In this document: piece after piece, positions 54,609-63,947 of the stretch | Layout of the letters: each line of letters starts with the position of its first letter | How positions within the stretch are numbered: position 1 is the first letter of the stretch | Assembly: GCA_963806285.1 (NCBI GenBank) | Contig: CAWDXJ010000008.1 | Coordinates: 102,795-166,794, forward strand | Source: an uncultured Acidimicrobiales bacterium | Lineage (GTDB): Bacteria; Actinomycetota; Acidimicrobiia; Acidimicrobiales; RAAP-2 | Reading direction: 5' to 3' | DNA: 64,000 nucleotides | The notes under the pieces: generated by a model | The model's input: only the letters and a program-made list of their open reading frames with translations | What the model was told of the DNA's origin: nothing | Databases searched by the model: none | Translations under genes and position numbers: made by a program

Positions 54609-55507
54609 TGCCGGCCCCCGGCCTTCGGGCCGTCGCGATGACGGCCGCCGGCACGCTCACGGAGCTCTCCCGCATGTTCGACCACCCGTTCCTGCGGGCG
54701 GCCTTCATCGCCGGGACCTGCATCGCCCTGGCCGCCGGCCTGGTCGGGTACGTGGTGGTACTGCGGGGCCAGGTGTTCAGCGGGGACGCCCTGTCCCACG
54801 TGGCCTTCACCGGGGCGCTGGCCGCCCTGGCCTTCGGCGTCGATCTCCGCCTGGGCCTCTACGGGGGGTGCGTGGCCTTCGCCGTCCTCATGGCCGCCCT
54901 GGGGCGGCGGGCGAGCGCCGACGACACGGTGGTGGGCAGCGTGTTCGCCTGGATCCTGGGACTCGGGGCGCTCTTCCTCTCCATCTTCACCACCGCCCAG
55001 AGTGGGACCGGCGCGGCCGGGGGCGATGCCGGGGTGAACGTGCTCTTCGGCTCGATACTCGGCCTTTCGACCGGCCAGGCCCTGGCCGACGGGGCGGTGG
55101 CCCTGGCGGTGGTGGCGGTCTTCACCGCCATCGGCCGGCCGCTCGTATTCGCCAGTCTGGACGAGGCGGTGGCCACCGCCCGGGGGGTGCCGGTCCGCCT
55201 GGTCGGCTACGCCTTCTTCATCCTGCTCGGCGTCACCGTCGGGGTGGCCACCCAGGCGGTGGGAGCGCTGCTGCTGCTGGGCCTGCTGGCGGCGCCCGCC
55301 GGCGCCAGCCAACGGATCAGCCCGAGACCGTTCGTGGCCCTGTGGCTCTCGGCCGGTGTGGCCGTGTTCTCGATGTGGGCCGGACTGACCCTGGCCTATC
55401 TGGCCCCGAGGATGCCCCCCAGCTTCGGGATCCTGGCCGTGGCCACCGGGGTGTACCTGGCGGTGGTCGCGGTCACCAGAGTCCTCGCCGTAGTGTCTCG
55501 GAGGTGA
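54605..55507 (+). CDS. Second metal ABC transporter permease (ABC-3 family); intact
   Basis: GTGA overlap with upstream permease. VFSGDALSHVAFTGALAA, LLLLGLLAAPAGASQRI. Confidence 0.85.
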   Translation: MMPAPGLRAVAMTAAGTLTELSRMFDHPFLRAAFIAGTCIALAAGLVGYVVVLRGQVFSGDALSHVAFTGALAALAFGVDLRLGLYGGCVAFAVLMAALGRRASADDTVVGSVFAWILGLGALFLSIFTTAQSGTGAAGGDAGVNVLFGSILGLSTGQALADGAVALAVVAVFTAIGRPLVFASLDEAVATARGVPVRLVGYAFFILLGVTVGVATQAVGALLLLGLLAAPAGASQRISPRPFVALWLSAGVAVFSMWAGLTLAYLAPRMPPSFGILAVATGVYLAVVAVTRVLAVVSRR

Positions 55508-55509
55508 GC

Positions 55510-55956
55510 ATGGACCCTTCCGTCCACGAGCAGGTCGCCCTGCGCCTGGCCGGTCTCGAGCAGCGGTACACCCCGATGCGCAAGGCGCTGGTGGCCACGC
55601 TGGCGGGGGCCGGCAGGCCGTTGTCGGTCCCGGAGATCCTCGCCTCCAGCCCCGAGCTGCCTCAGAGCAGCGCCTATCGCAATGTCACCGCGCTCATCGA
55701 GGCCGGAGTGGTCCGTCGGGTCACCGGGGTCGACGACCACGGACGGTTCGAGCTGGCCGAGGAACTGGCCGGGCACCACCACCACCTGGCCTGCGGCCGG
55801 TGCGGGAAGGTGGAGGACGTGGCGCCGTCGCCCCGCCTCGAACGGGCCATGGCCGAAGCGGCCCGGGTGGTGGCCGAAGAGCAGGGCTATGAGGTCACCG
55901 GACACCAGTTCGACCTGGTGGGACGATGTCCGGCCTGCCGGCTGGCGGCCGGTTGA
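55510..55956 (+). CDS. zur: Fur-family metalloregulator, probably Zur; intact
   Basis: YTPMRKALVATLAGAGRPLSVPEIL...SAYRNVTALIEAGVV (wHTH), HHHHLACGRCGKV and GRCPACR (paired CxxC zinc site); last gene of the metal ABC operon. Confidence 0.7.
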   Translation: MDPSVHEQVALRLAGLEQRYTPMRKALVATLAGAGRPLSVPEILASSPELPQSSAYRNVTALIEAGVVRRVTGVDDHGRFELAEELAGHHHHLACGRCGKVEDVAPSPRLERAMAEAARVVAEEQGYEVTGHQFDLVGRCPACRLAAG

Positions 55957-56144
55957 CACCAGGACCGCCGGTTCCACCCGTCGCACCGCTCCGCCGGAGG
56001 CGCCCCACCGCCGGAGAGCCCCGGTCCGCCGACGGGTCCGGGGGAGTGGGGACCGGGGGTCGACGTGTCCGGTCCGCGCCGTCAAGCTAGGGTCGCCGCG
56101 CACCCCCGGGGGATCCCGATCGCGACGACCGGAAGGAACCGACC

Positions 56145-57536
56145 ATGACCACCGAGACCCGCCTGGAGACCGACAGCATGGGGGCGATCGAGGTGCCCGC
56201 CGACCGGTACTGGGGGGCGCAGACCGCCCGCTCGCTCCACCACTTTCCGATCGGGGACGACCGGATGCCCGAACCCCTGATCCGGGCGATCGGCGTGCTG
56301 AAGGAGGCGTCGGCCCAGGTGAACGCCGACCTCGGCAAGATGTCGCCGGACAAGTCGGCGCTGATCATCGCCGCCGCCCGGGAGGTGGCCGAGGGAAAGC
56401 TCGACGACCACTTCCCCCTGAGCGTCTGGCAGACCGGTAGCGGTACCCAGAGCAACATGAACGCCAACGAGGTGATCTCCAACCGGGCCATCGAGATGGC
56501 CGGCGGTGAACTGGGCTCGAAGGACCCGATCCACCCCAACGATGACGTCAACATGTCGCAGTCGTCGAACGACACCTTTCCGACCGCCATGCACATCGCC
56601 GCCGTCGAGGAGATCACCCACCGCCTGCTGCCGGCCATCCGGCACCTGCGGGACGCCCTGCACGCCAAGGAGGTGTCCCTGGCCGGAATCACCAAGATCG
56701 GTCGTACCCATCTGATGGATGCGGTCCCGATGACCTTCGGACAGGAATTCTCCGGTTACGTCGCCCAACTCGACGCCGACCTCAGTCGGATCGAATTCAC
56801 CCTCGACGATCTCTACGAGCTGGCCGCCGGCGGGACCGCGGTCGGTACCGGCCTGAACACCCACCCGGAGTTCGGGACCCGGGTGGCGTCGGCCATAGCC
56901 GAGCGCACCGGGCTGCCGTTCGTGACCGCCCCCAACAAATTCGCCGCCCTGGCCGCCCACGACGCTCTGGTCATGGCCAGTGGGGCCCTGCGGACCCTGG
57001 CCGCGTCGCTCATCAAGATCGCCGACGACCTGCGGTGGCTGGGCTCGGGTCCCCGCAGCGGATTGGGCGAGCTCGACCTGCCGGCGAACGAGCCCGGCTC
57101 CTCGATCATGCCCGGCAAGGTGAACCCGACCCAGAGCGAGGCGATGATCATGGTGTGCATCCAGGTCTACGGGAACGATGCCGCCGTGGCCATGGCAGGG
57201 GCCAGGGGGAACCTCGAGCTGAACGTGTGCAAGCCGGTGATCATCCACAACGTCCTGCACTCGGTGAGGCTGTTGACCGAGGCGTCGGCGTCCTTCACCC
57301 GGTTCTGCGTGGAGGGCCTCGAGCCCAACGAGGCACGCATCCGTCAACACCTCGAGAACTCGCTGATGCTGGTGACGGCGCTCAACCCGCTGATCGGCTA
57401 CGACCGGGCCGCCGAGGTGGCGAAGAAGGCGCACGAGGAGGGGAGCACCCTGCGGGAGTCGGCCGTGGCATTGGGTTACCTGACCGGTGAGCAGTTCGAC
57501 GAGGCGGTCCGGCCCGAGTCGATGACCCACCCCTGA
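56145..57536 (+). CDS. fumC: Class II fumarate hydratase; intact
   Basis: [50 protein letters not shown], signature [13 protein letters not shown]. Confidence 0.95.
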   Translation: MTTETRLETDSMGAIEVPADRYWGAQTARSLHHFPIGDDRMPEPLIRAIGVLKEASAQVNADLGKMSPDKSALIIAAAREVAEGKLDDHFPLSVWQTGSGTQSNMNANEVISNRAIEMAGGELGSKDPIHPNDDVNMSQSSNDTFPTAMHIAAVEEITHRLLPAIRHLRDALHAKEVSLAGITKIGRTHLMDAVPMTFGQEFSGYVAQLDADLSRIEFTLDDLYELAAGGTAVGTGLNTHPEFGTRVASAIAERTGLPFVTAPNKFAALAAHDALVMASGALRTLAASLIKIADDLRWLGSGPRSGLGELDLPANEPGSSIMPGKVNPTQSEAMIMVCIQVYGNDAAVAMAGARGNLELNVCKPVIIHNVLHSVRLLTEASASFTRFCVEGLEPNEARIRQHLENSLMLVTALNPLIGYDRAAEVAKKAHEEGSTLRESAVALGYLTGEQFDEAVRPESMTHP

Positions 57537-57565
57537 GGCGGCCGCCGGTGCGAGGAGGTGGACCC

Positions 57566-58820
57566 GTGGACCTGGCGGGCGTCGACCTCACCGATCTGAG
57601 CCTCTTCGTCGGTGGCTTCCCCGACGACGTGTTCACCCGGCTCCGTCGACCAGGCGCCCGTCTGGTGGCATGCCCCGACCGAGCACACGCCCGACGGTGA
57701 GGGGTTCTGGGTGGTGAGCTGCCACCGTGACATCATGGCGGCCGCCGGCGACGCCGAGCTCTTCTCCTCGGAGGGGGCCCCCGGTGCGGAAGGAGGAGGG
57801 ACCATCATCCAGGACCTCCCCTTCGGCTTCGCCGCGGGTGTGCTCCTCAACATGATGGACGACCCCCGCCATCACCTGATCCGCCGTCTGGTCACCCCCG
57901 TCGTGGCGCCGAGGGCGCTGGCCCGGATGGAGGACGGGTTGAGGCAGCGGGCCCGGAGCATCGTCGACGCCATCGCCGACCGGGGCGAGTGCGACTTCCT
58001 GGCCGACGTGGCCGTGGAGCTCCCGCTCCAGGCGGTGGCGTCGCTCATGGGGGTGCCCGACGCCGATCGCCACGACCTGATGGCGTGGTCCAATACCACC
58101 CTCGACTTCGAGGGGCGCGAACTGGGCGAGACGAACCAGCAGGTGGCGGAGGCCGCCGCCTCGATGGCCGCCTACGGGACCGGACTCATCGCCGAGAAGC
58201 GGAAGACCCCGGGCGACGACATCATCTCGTCGGTGGTCAATGCCCGGATCGGGGACGGTGAGGGCCCGCTCCGCGCCCTCACCGAAGTCGAGCTGCTGAT
58301 GTTCTTCAACCTCCTGGTGGTGGCCGGGAGCGAGACGACCCGCAACTCCATCGCCCTGGGCATGGTGGCGCTGATCGAGCACCCCGACCAGCTGGAGTCG
58401 CTTCGCGACGACCGTTCGCTGATGCCATCCGCGGTCGAGGAGATCCTCCGGTGGACCAGCGCCACCCTGTACAACCGGCGCACGGCGACCCGGCCCACCG
58501 AGCTCGGCGGCCAGGCCATCGCCGAGGGCGCCAAGGTCACGCTCTGGTGGGCGTCGGCCAACCGGGACGAATCGGTCTTCGACGAGCCGTTCCGGTTCGA
58601 CATCCGACGGGCTCCGAACCCCCACCTCACCTTCGGGCACCGGGCCCATTTCTGCCTGGGGGCCAACCTGGCCCGCATGGAGATCCGGGTGATCCTGGAC
58701 GAGGTCCTCGATCGATTGGAGGGCTTCGAACTGACCGGTCCGGTGGAGCGGGTGCGGACCAACAAGCATGCGGGCGTCTGCCGGGTGCCGATGCGATTCG
58801 ACCGCCGGTCGGCTCGATGA
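57566..58820 (+). CDS. Cytochrome P450; one frame change near 57650
   Basis: RBS gaggagg + GTG. FPDDVFTRLR..APVWWH, LLNMMDDPRHHLIRRLV, VVAGSETTRNS (I helix), EEILRW (ExxR), heme loop FGHRAHFCLGANLAR. Confidence 0.85.
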
Positions 58821-59019
58821 GCCCCGCCCCGGAACAGGGGAGATCATCTCGGTGGGCCTGGGCACCCGTCTGTGCTCCGCCTCGCAGGCCGGCCGTATAC
58901 TCCGGGGCATCCGCCACCGGACCGGGGTCCGACTGCGGGCTCGGACCGCCCACCCCGGGTCCGGCGTCCCCCTGCCAGCAGCCGAAGACAGGTCCGAGGA
59001 GACCCTCCGAGGGAGCGAC

Positions 59020-60231
59020 ATGACCACTGTGCCAACCGAGCTGAGCATCGGACTGACCGACGGGATGTTCTACGGCGGCGATCCCTTCCCGGCATTCGCC
59101 TGGATGCGGGATCACGCGCCGGCGTATTTCGACGAGTCCGCCGGCGTCTGGGGGATCACCCGGTACGCCGACATCAAGGAGATCTCCAAGGACCCGGACA
59201 CCTTCTCCAATGCCGGTGGTATCCGCCCGGACAGCGACGCCCTGCCGATGATGATCGACACCGACGCACCCGAACACGTCCGCCGCCGCCGCCTGGTCAG
59301 TGAGGGTTTCACCCCGGGCCGGATCCGCGAGAGCGAAGAGGGGATACGCACCATCTGCGATGCGATCATCGACCGGGTCTGCGAGGCCGGCTCGGCCGAC
59401 TTCGTCCGGGACATCGCCGCCCCGCTGCCGATGATCGTCATCGGGAACATGCTGGGAGTGGCGCCCGGCGACCGGGACGATCTGTTGCGGTGGTCCGACG
59501 ACATGCTCAAAGCGCTGGGCTCGCCGGATCCGGGGGCGATGGACAAGGCCGCCCAGGCCGCCGCCGAGTACGCCGGATACATCACCGCGGTGGCGGAACA
59601 GCGCCGGAGGGACAGCCAGGCGGACGATCTGATCGGAACCCTCGTGCACGCGGAGATCGAGGGTGACCGCCTCGACGAGGCGTCGATCATCTACGAATCG
59701 CTCCTCATCCTGATCGGCGGGGACGAGACCACCCGTCACGTGATCAGCGGCGGCATGTACGAGCTGTTCCGGCACCCCGATCAACTCAGGAGGTTGGCGG
59801 CCGACCGTACGCTGATGTCCTCGGCTGTGGAGGAGATGCTGCGATGGGTGTCGCCGATCAAGAACATGGCCCGCCGGATGACCAGGGACGTCGAGTTCCA
59901 GGGGGAGACCCTCCGGCGGGGCCAGAAGCTCCTGTTGCTCTACCCCTCCGGCAACCGGGACGAGCGGGTGTTCGACGAACCCGGGCAGTTCGACATCACC
60001 CGCACCCCCAACGACCACATGGCCTTCGGATTCGGCTCCCACTTCTGCCTGGGCAACCGGCTGGCCCGGATGGAGCTGGCCGTGATGTTCGAGCGTCTGC
60101 TCGACCGGCTGCCCGACCTGGCCCTGGCCGATGACACCGAGCCGCCCAAGCGCGCCGCCAACTTCGTCTCCGGCTACGAGACGATGCCGGTGGTGTTCAC
60201 CCCGACCCCCCCGGTGGGCGCGTCGGCCTGA
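59020..60231 (+). CDS. Cytochrome P450; intact
   Basis: MIDTDAPEHVRRRRLV, LILIGGDETTRH, EEMLRW, heme loop FGFGSHFCLGNRLAR. Confidence 0.9.
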   Translation: MTTVPTELSIGLTDGMFYGGDPFPAFAWMRDHAPAYFDESAGVWGITRYADIKEISKDPDTFSNAGGIRPDSDALPMMIDTDAPEHVRRRRLVSEGFTPGRIRESEEGIRTICDAIIDRVCEAGSADFVRDIAAPLPMIVIGNMLGVAPGDRDDLLRWSDDMLKALGSPDPGAMDKAAQAAAEYAGYITAVAEQRRRDSQADDLIGTLVHAEIEGDRLDEASIIYESLLILIGGDETTRHVISGGMYELFRHPDQLRRLAADRTLMSSAVEEMLRWVSPIKNMARRMTRDVEFQGETLRRGQKLLLLYPSGNRDERVFDEPGQFDITRTPNDHMAFGFGSHFCLGNRLARMELAVMFERLLDRLPDLALADDTEPPKRAANFVSGYETMPVVFTPTPPVGASA

Positions 60232-60320
60232 CTCTTCGCCGCGCCGTCCTCCCGGTTCGGCCCGACGGACACGCAGCCGGCGTGGGCGGTGGGACTACTG
60301 TCGGCGGGGTGGCCGACAGG

Positions 60321-60642
60321 GTGAAGCATCCGGTGCTGGGGGACAGCGGAGGTGGAGGCGGCCCTGGCCGAAGGCGACGGCCCGCAGTGGCACCTGGTCG
60401 GGGGCAAGCTGGTCAAGACGGTGAACTGTTCGCGGCTTTCTCGGGTCGCTCGAGTTCGTGGGAGAGGTCGGACGGCTCGCCGAGGAGGCGAACCACCACC
60501 CGACATCGACATCCGGTACGACCGGGTGACCTTGGCGCTGGTCACCCACGATGCCGGCGGGATCACCCGCTTGGACCTCGCCCTGGCCCGGGCCATCGAC
60601 GGCGTCACCGCCGGCGTGCGGCCCGGCCCTGCCGGACGCTGA
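60321..60642 (+). CDS. Pterin-4-alpha-carbinolamine dehydratase (PCD/DCoH family); about 3 frame changes
   Basis: WHLVGGKLVKTV, FLGSLEFVGEVGRLAEEANHHPDIDIRYDRVTLALVTHDAGGIT, stitched from three frames. Confidence 0.7.
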
Positions 60643-61078
60643 CCCCGCCGCTACTCGGTCCACGCCGCCGGACTCGCCTGACGCCCCCGCTAGGCCGTCG
60701 GAAGTATGACACGACCGAATGGCCGTCGGCGCGGAGGGCGTCCACGGCCCGTCCGAGGTCCCCGTCCTTGACCAGGATGTGGTCCGTGTCGTACGTCGAG
60801 AGGACGAACACCCCCACCCCGGCCGCGGCCATCGGGGCAGTCAGCGAGGCGATCACGCCGATCGCGGAGAAGTCGAGCGGTCCCGCCACCGTGAGCGCCG
60901 CGCCATCCGGGTTCGATGCGGGCGTCAGGGGCGCGGCGTCGACCCGGCACACCACCGACAGTTCGGACCCGGTGCCGGTGACGGAGAAGAGGGACCCGTC
61001 GGCCGGCGGTGACGGCCACGGTGCGTCCGCGGGAAGGCGGCAGACGGCGAGGAACTCGGGTTGCACCGAAAGCTCCAT
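60605..61078 (-). CDS. ACT-domain protein (ACT_7-like); 3' end doubtful (Arg-rich tail overlapping the convergent PCD gene)
   Basis: MELSVQPEFLAVCRLPADAP...LFSVTGTGSELSVVC...GPLDFSAIGVIASLTAPMAAAGVGVFVLSTYDTDHILV. Confidence 0.5.
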   Translation of the reverse strand: MELSVQPEFLAVCRLPADAPWPSPPADGSLFSVTGTGSELSVVCRVDAAPLTPASNPDGAALTVAGPLDFSAIGVIASLTAPMAAAGVGVFVLSTYDTDHILVKDGDLGRAVDALRADGHSVVSYFRRPSGGVRRVRRRGPSSGGVSVRQGRAARRR

Positions 61079-61115
61079 GGATATCCCCGCCGGCGCTGGC
61101 TGCCGAGGGCGGCGT

Positions 61116-61787
61116 TCAGCCGACCGGGAGATCCCAGAGGGGGAACCATCGATCGAGGTCGGATTCGAGCGCCAGGTCCCCGGCGAGCAGGCTCTTGAGC
61201 TTGAGCTCCTGCTCGAGGTCCCGGTGCTCGTGCCCGTCGGGGACGAAGGGGTAGAAGGTCCCCCGTTTGAACAGGTACACCACGTAGGCGGACGACGGGA
61301 GCACGCGTCCGGGCCCGGCGGTGGGCTCGGGCATCGGGCCGTGCCGGCGGCCGCTCCGACGGTGTCGAAGGTGTCGGGGGTATCGGCATCCGGGGAGTCC
61401 GATGCCGTGAGCTGGGCCAGGCCGAACACGGAACACAACAGTTGGGGCCCCCAGCCGGCGTCGGAGAGGGACGAGTTGACCAGGTGGACCCGGGTCACCA
61501 GCTCCTCGATGTCGGCGATCCTCCAGGACGAGCCAGTGGTAGCCGTAGGCATCCTCGGCCTTGCGCAGCCCTCCGGTCCCGTCCATGGACAGGAGCTTGA
61601 CCACTTCGGCCTGCATGTCCTCGAATCCCTGGCCGGTGGGCGGTTTGAAGCACACGCCGGCATGCCCCGAGCACGACATGGCTGCCGCACTCTGGAGGGT
61701 GATCGATGCAGACGGGAGGGCGAACAGCGCGTCCAGATTGGCCTGCACCGGCTTGGTCCGCCCGAGGATCGTGTCGAGCAGCCCCAT
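61116..61787 (-). CDS. PspA-associated protein PspAB-like (recalled family); central part out of frame
   Basis: MGLLDTILGRTKPVQANLDALFALPSASITLQ, DAYGYHWLV, ELVTRVHLVNSSLSDAGWGPQLLCSVFG (other frame), YVVYLFKRGTFYPFVP, LDRWFPLWDLP. Confidence 0.55.
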   Translation of the reverse strand: MGLLDTILGRTKPVQANLDALFALPSASITLQSAAAMSCSGHAGVCFKPPTGQGFEDMQAEVVKLLSMDGTGGLRKAEDAYGYHWLVLEDRRHRGAGDPGPPGQLVPLRRRLGAPTVVFRVRPGPAHGIGLPGCRYPRHLRHRRSGRRHGPMPEPTAGPGRVLPSSAYVVYLFKRGTFYPFVPDGHEHRDLEQELKLKSLLAGDLALESDLDRWFPLWDLPVG

Positions 61788-61864
61788 CAGCCGGGCCGCC
61801 CCATCAGCCCCTCGATCCCATCAGCCGTTCCATGCTGTCAGCCGGTCCGCTGCCTGGGCGTCGA

Positions 61865-62803
61865 TCACGAGGGACGGCCCAACTCGGCCTCGATGGTGGC
61901 GAGCTGGGCCAGCCGCTGATCGAGCGAGGGATGGGTGGAGAACAGCGTCGACAGGCTCACGCCCTTGGAGGCGATCGCCGGGGTGAAGTAGAAGGCGTTG
62001 AAGCTCTCCGCGGCCCGGAGGTCGCGGGTCGGGATCCGGGACATCTCGCCGGTCACCTTGACCAGTGCCGACGCCAACACCGACGGCTGTCCGGTGAGCA
62101 GGGCGCCGGAGCGGTCGGCCGCCAGCTCGCGGTAGCGCGACAGAGCCCTGGTGAGCAGGAAGCTGATGGCGTAGACGACCACGGACACGACCAGCACCGC
62201 CATCTCCACCAACGCAGCGTTCTCCCCGCTGTTGTCGTTGCCGCCACCCTGGTTGCCGCCGAATCCGCCCATCATCCCGGTCCAGAACATGACCCGGGTG
62301 ACCAGGCCCGCCACCACGCCCAGGAAGCTGGCGATGGTCATCACGGCCACATCACGGTGGGCCACGTGGGAGAGCTCGTGGGCGAGCACGGCCTCCAGCT
62401 CGGGCTCGTCCAGCCGCCGCATCAGGCCGGTGGTGGCGCAGACCACCGCGCTCTTGGGGCTGCGCCCGGTGGCGAACGCGTTGGGCACGTCTGTGTCGGC
62501 GACAGCCACCCTCGGCTTCTTCATGTCGGCCAGGGCACAGAGCCGGTCGATGGCCCCGTGGAGCTGCGGCGCCTGCTCCGGTGTGACGACGTGGCCCCCC
62601 ATGCCGAACAGGGCGATCTTGTCGGAGAACCAGTACTGGACGAAGATGAGCCCTCCGGCGATGATCAGCACCGCGGCGTAGGAGATGCCGACAGCGATCA
62701 GCAATCCGATGACGGCTGCATAGAGGATCACCAGCATCAGACCGGTGGTGAACATGCGGAGCGTGAGGCCCCGGTCCTGTGGGATGTTGCGTGCGGTACT
62801 CAT
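61865..62803 (-). CDS. htpX: Zinc metalloprotease HtpX (M48); intact
   Basis: VPNAFATGRSP, HELSHVAHRD (HExxH), ELAADRSGA, THPSLDQRL, four TM-like segments. Confidence 0.9.
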   Translation of the reverse strand: MSTARNIPQDRGLTLRMFTTGLMLVILYAAVIGLLIAVGISYAAVLIIAGGLIFVQYWFSDKIALFGMGGHVVTPEQAPQLHGAIDRLCALADMKKPRVAVADTDVPNAFATGRSPKSAVVCATTGLMRRLDEPELEAVLAHELSHVAHRDVAVMTIASFLGVVAGLVTRVMFWTGMMGGFGGNQGGGNDNSGENAALVEMAVLVVSVVVYAISFLLTRALSRYRELAADRSGALLTGQPSVLASALVKVTGEMSRIPTRDLRAAESFNAFYFTPAIASKGVSLSTLFSTHPSLDQRLAQLATIEAELGRPS

Positions 62804-62813
62804 GGGTTCGACC

Positions 62814-63104
62814 TCAGCGGTTGTCCGATCCGGAAACTTCGTCCGCCTCGGCCAACAGGTCCTTCGTCTCCTCGAGGGTCGAGTCGGGGAAGGGCACAAC
62901 CAGGTCAGACGGGGCGAAAGCGTCGTCGGCCAGGGGCTCCCCCGCCTGGCGGACCGCGGCGGTGAGAGCGGCCAGGGCCGAGGTGAACGCCTTCCCGTCA
63001 TTGGCGTCGACAGCCTCGACGATCACCGAGTCCAGTTTCTCGAGCGCACCCCGCTGCCCATCGGGGACCGAGTACTGACCCTCACCCAGGATGCGGACGA
63101 TCAT
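62814..63104 (-). CDS. PspA-associated protein PspAA-like (recalled family), 96 aa; intact
   Basis: MIVRILGEGQYSVPDG...LEKLDSVIVEAV...EPLADDAFAPSDLVVPFPDSTLEETKDLL; ATGA overlap with the pspA stop. Confidence 0.6.
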   Translation of the reverse strand: MIVRILGEGQYSVPDGQRGALEKLDSVIVEAVDANDGKAFTSALAALTAAVRQAGEPLADDAFAPSDLVVPFPDSTLEETKDLLAEADEVSGSDNR

Positions 63105-63880
63105 GATGTCTGGCCCCCAGGTTCTGCCGAACCGTCGGCGGCGGCGTGGTCGGCCGCCCCCAGCTCGGCCGCAGGCGGGGCGCCGGCGCCGACCTCCGCC
63201 TTCAGGGCCGCCAGCTCGGCGTCGACGGTCGAGCTCGTCGATGCCTTGTTGAGCTGGGCCTGGATGTCGTCCACCGGGTTGGTCAGGTCGGTCAGCGCAC
63301 CCGAGGCCAGCAGCTCGTCCATGGCTCCGGCCCGGGCCTGCATGCCGTCGATCTTGTCCTGGGCCCGCTGCATGGACATGCCGGCGTCGCTCATCGACTC
63401 GGAGATCCCCGACACGGCCTCGCCGATCTTGGTCTGGGCCTCGGCCGCCGTGTAGCTGGCCTTCATGGTCTCCTTCTTGGTCCGGAAGGAGTCGACCTGC
63501 GCCTGGAGCTTCTGGGCGGTGAGGATCAGCTTCTCCTCCTGCCCGGCCACCTGCTCGTGCTGGGTCTGGAGCTCGCCGAGCTGGTCGGCCAGCGCGGTGC
63601 GCCGGCTCAGCGCCTCACGGGCAAGGTCCTCGTTGCCCTGGGTCAGGGCGGCCTTGGCCTGCTGTTGGAGCTTGTCCGCCTGCTGCTGGAGCTGGGAGGC
63701 CTGCAGCTCGATCCGCTTCTTCGCCGTGGTGACGTCGGCCACGCTCCGGCGGACCTTCTGCAGGCTCTCGAGCTGCTTCTGGTAGGAGAGGTCCAGGGAC
63801 TCTCTCGGATCTTCGGCCTTGTCGAGGAGTTTGTTGGTCTTGGCCTGGACAATCCCGGACAGACGCTTCATCACGCTCAT
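63101..63880 (-). CDS. pspA: PspA/IM30 family protein; intact (ORF-track start 63910 probably too long)
   Basis: MKRLSGIVQAKTNKLLDKAEDPRESLDLSYQKQLESLQKV..., continuous heptad coiled coil, gaggaagg RBS 10 nt upstream of ATG 63880. Confidence 0.9.
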   Translation of the reverse strand: MSVMKRLSGIVQAKTNKLLDKAEDPRESLDLSYQKQLESLQKVRRSVADVTTAKKRIELQASQLQQQADKLQQQAKAALTQGNEDLAREALSRRTALADQLGELQTQHEQVAGQEEKLILTAQKLQAQVDSFRTKKETMKASYTAAEAQTKIGEAVSGISESMSDAGMSMQRAQDKIDGMQARAGAMDELLASGALTDLTNPVDDIQAQLNKASTSSTVDAELAALKAEVGAGAPPAAELGAADHAAADGSAEPGGQTS

Positions 63881-63947
63881 GCTGGTAGATCCTTCCTCGT
63901 TCGTCGCCATGAAGCTTAGGGCCTCGGTGCCCGATAGCGTGATCGGC

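Noticed and set aside
60605-60690. 38-nt convergent overlap of the ACT-domain gene with the PCD gene, and an Arg-rich 30-aa ACT tail.
   Set aside because: The tail has no ACT-family counterpart and lies in an indel-dense stretch. An alternative frame stops at 60690, so the overlap is probably an artefact.
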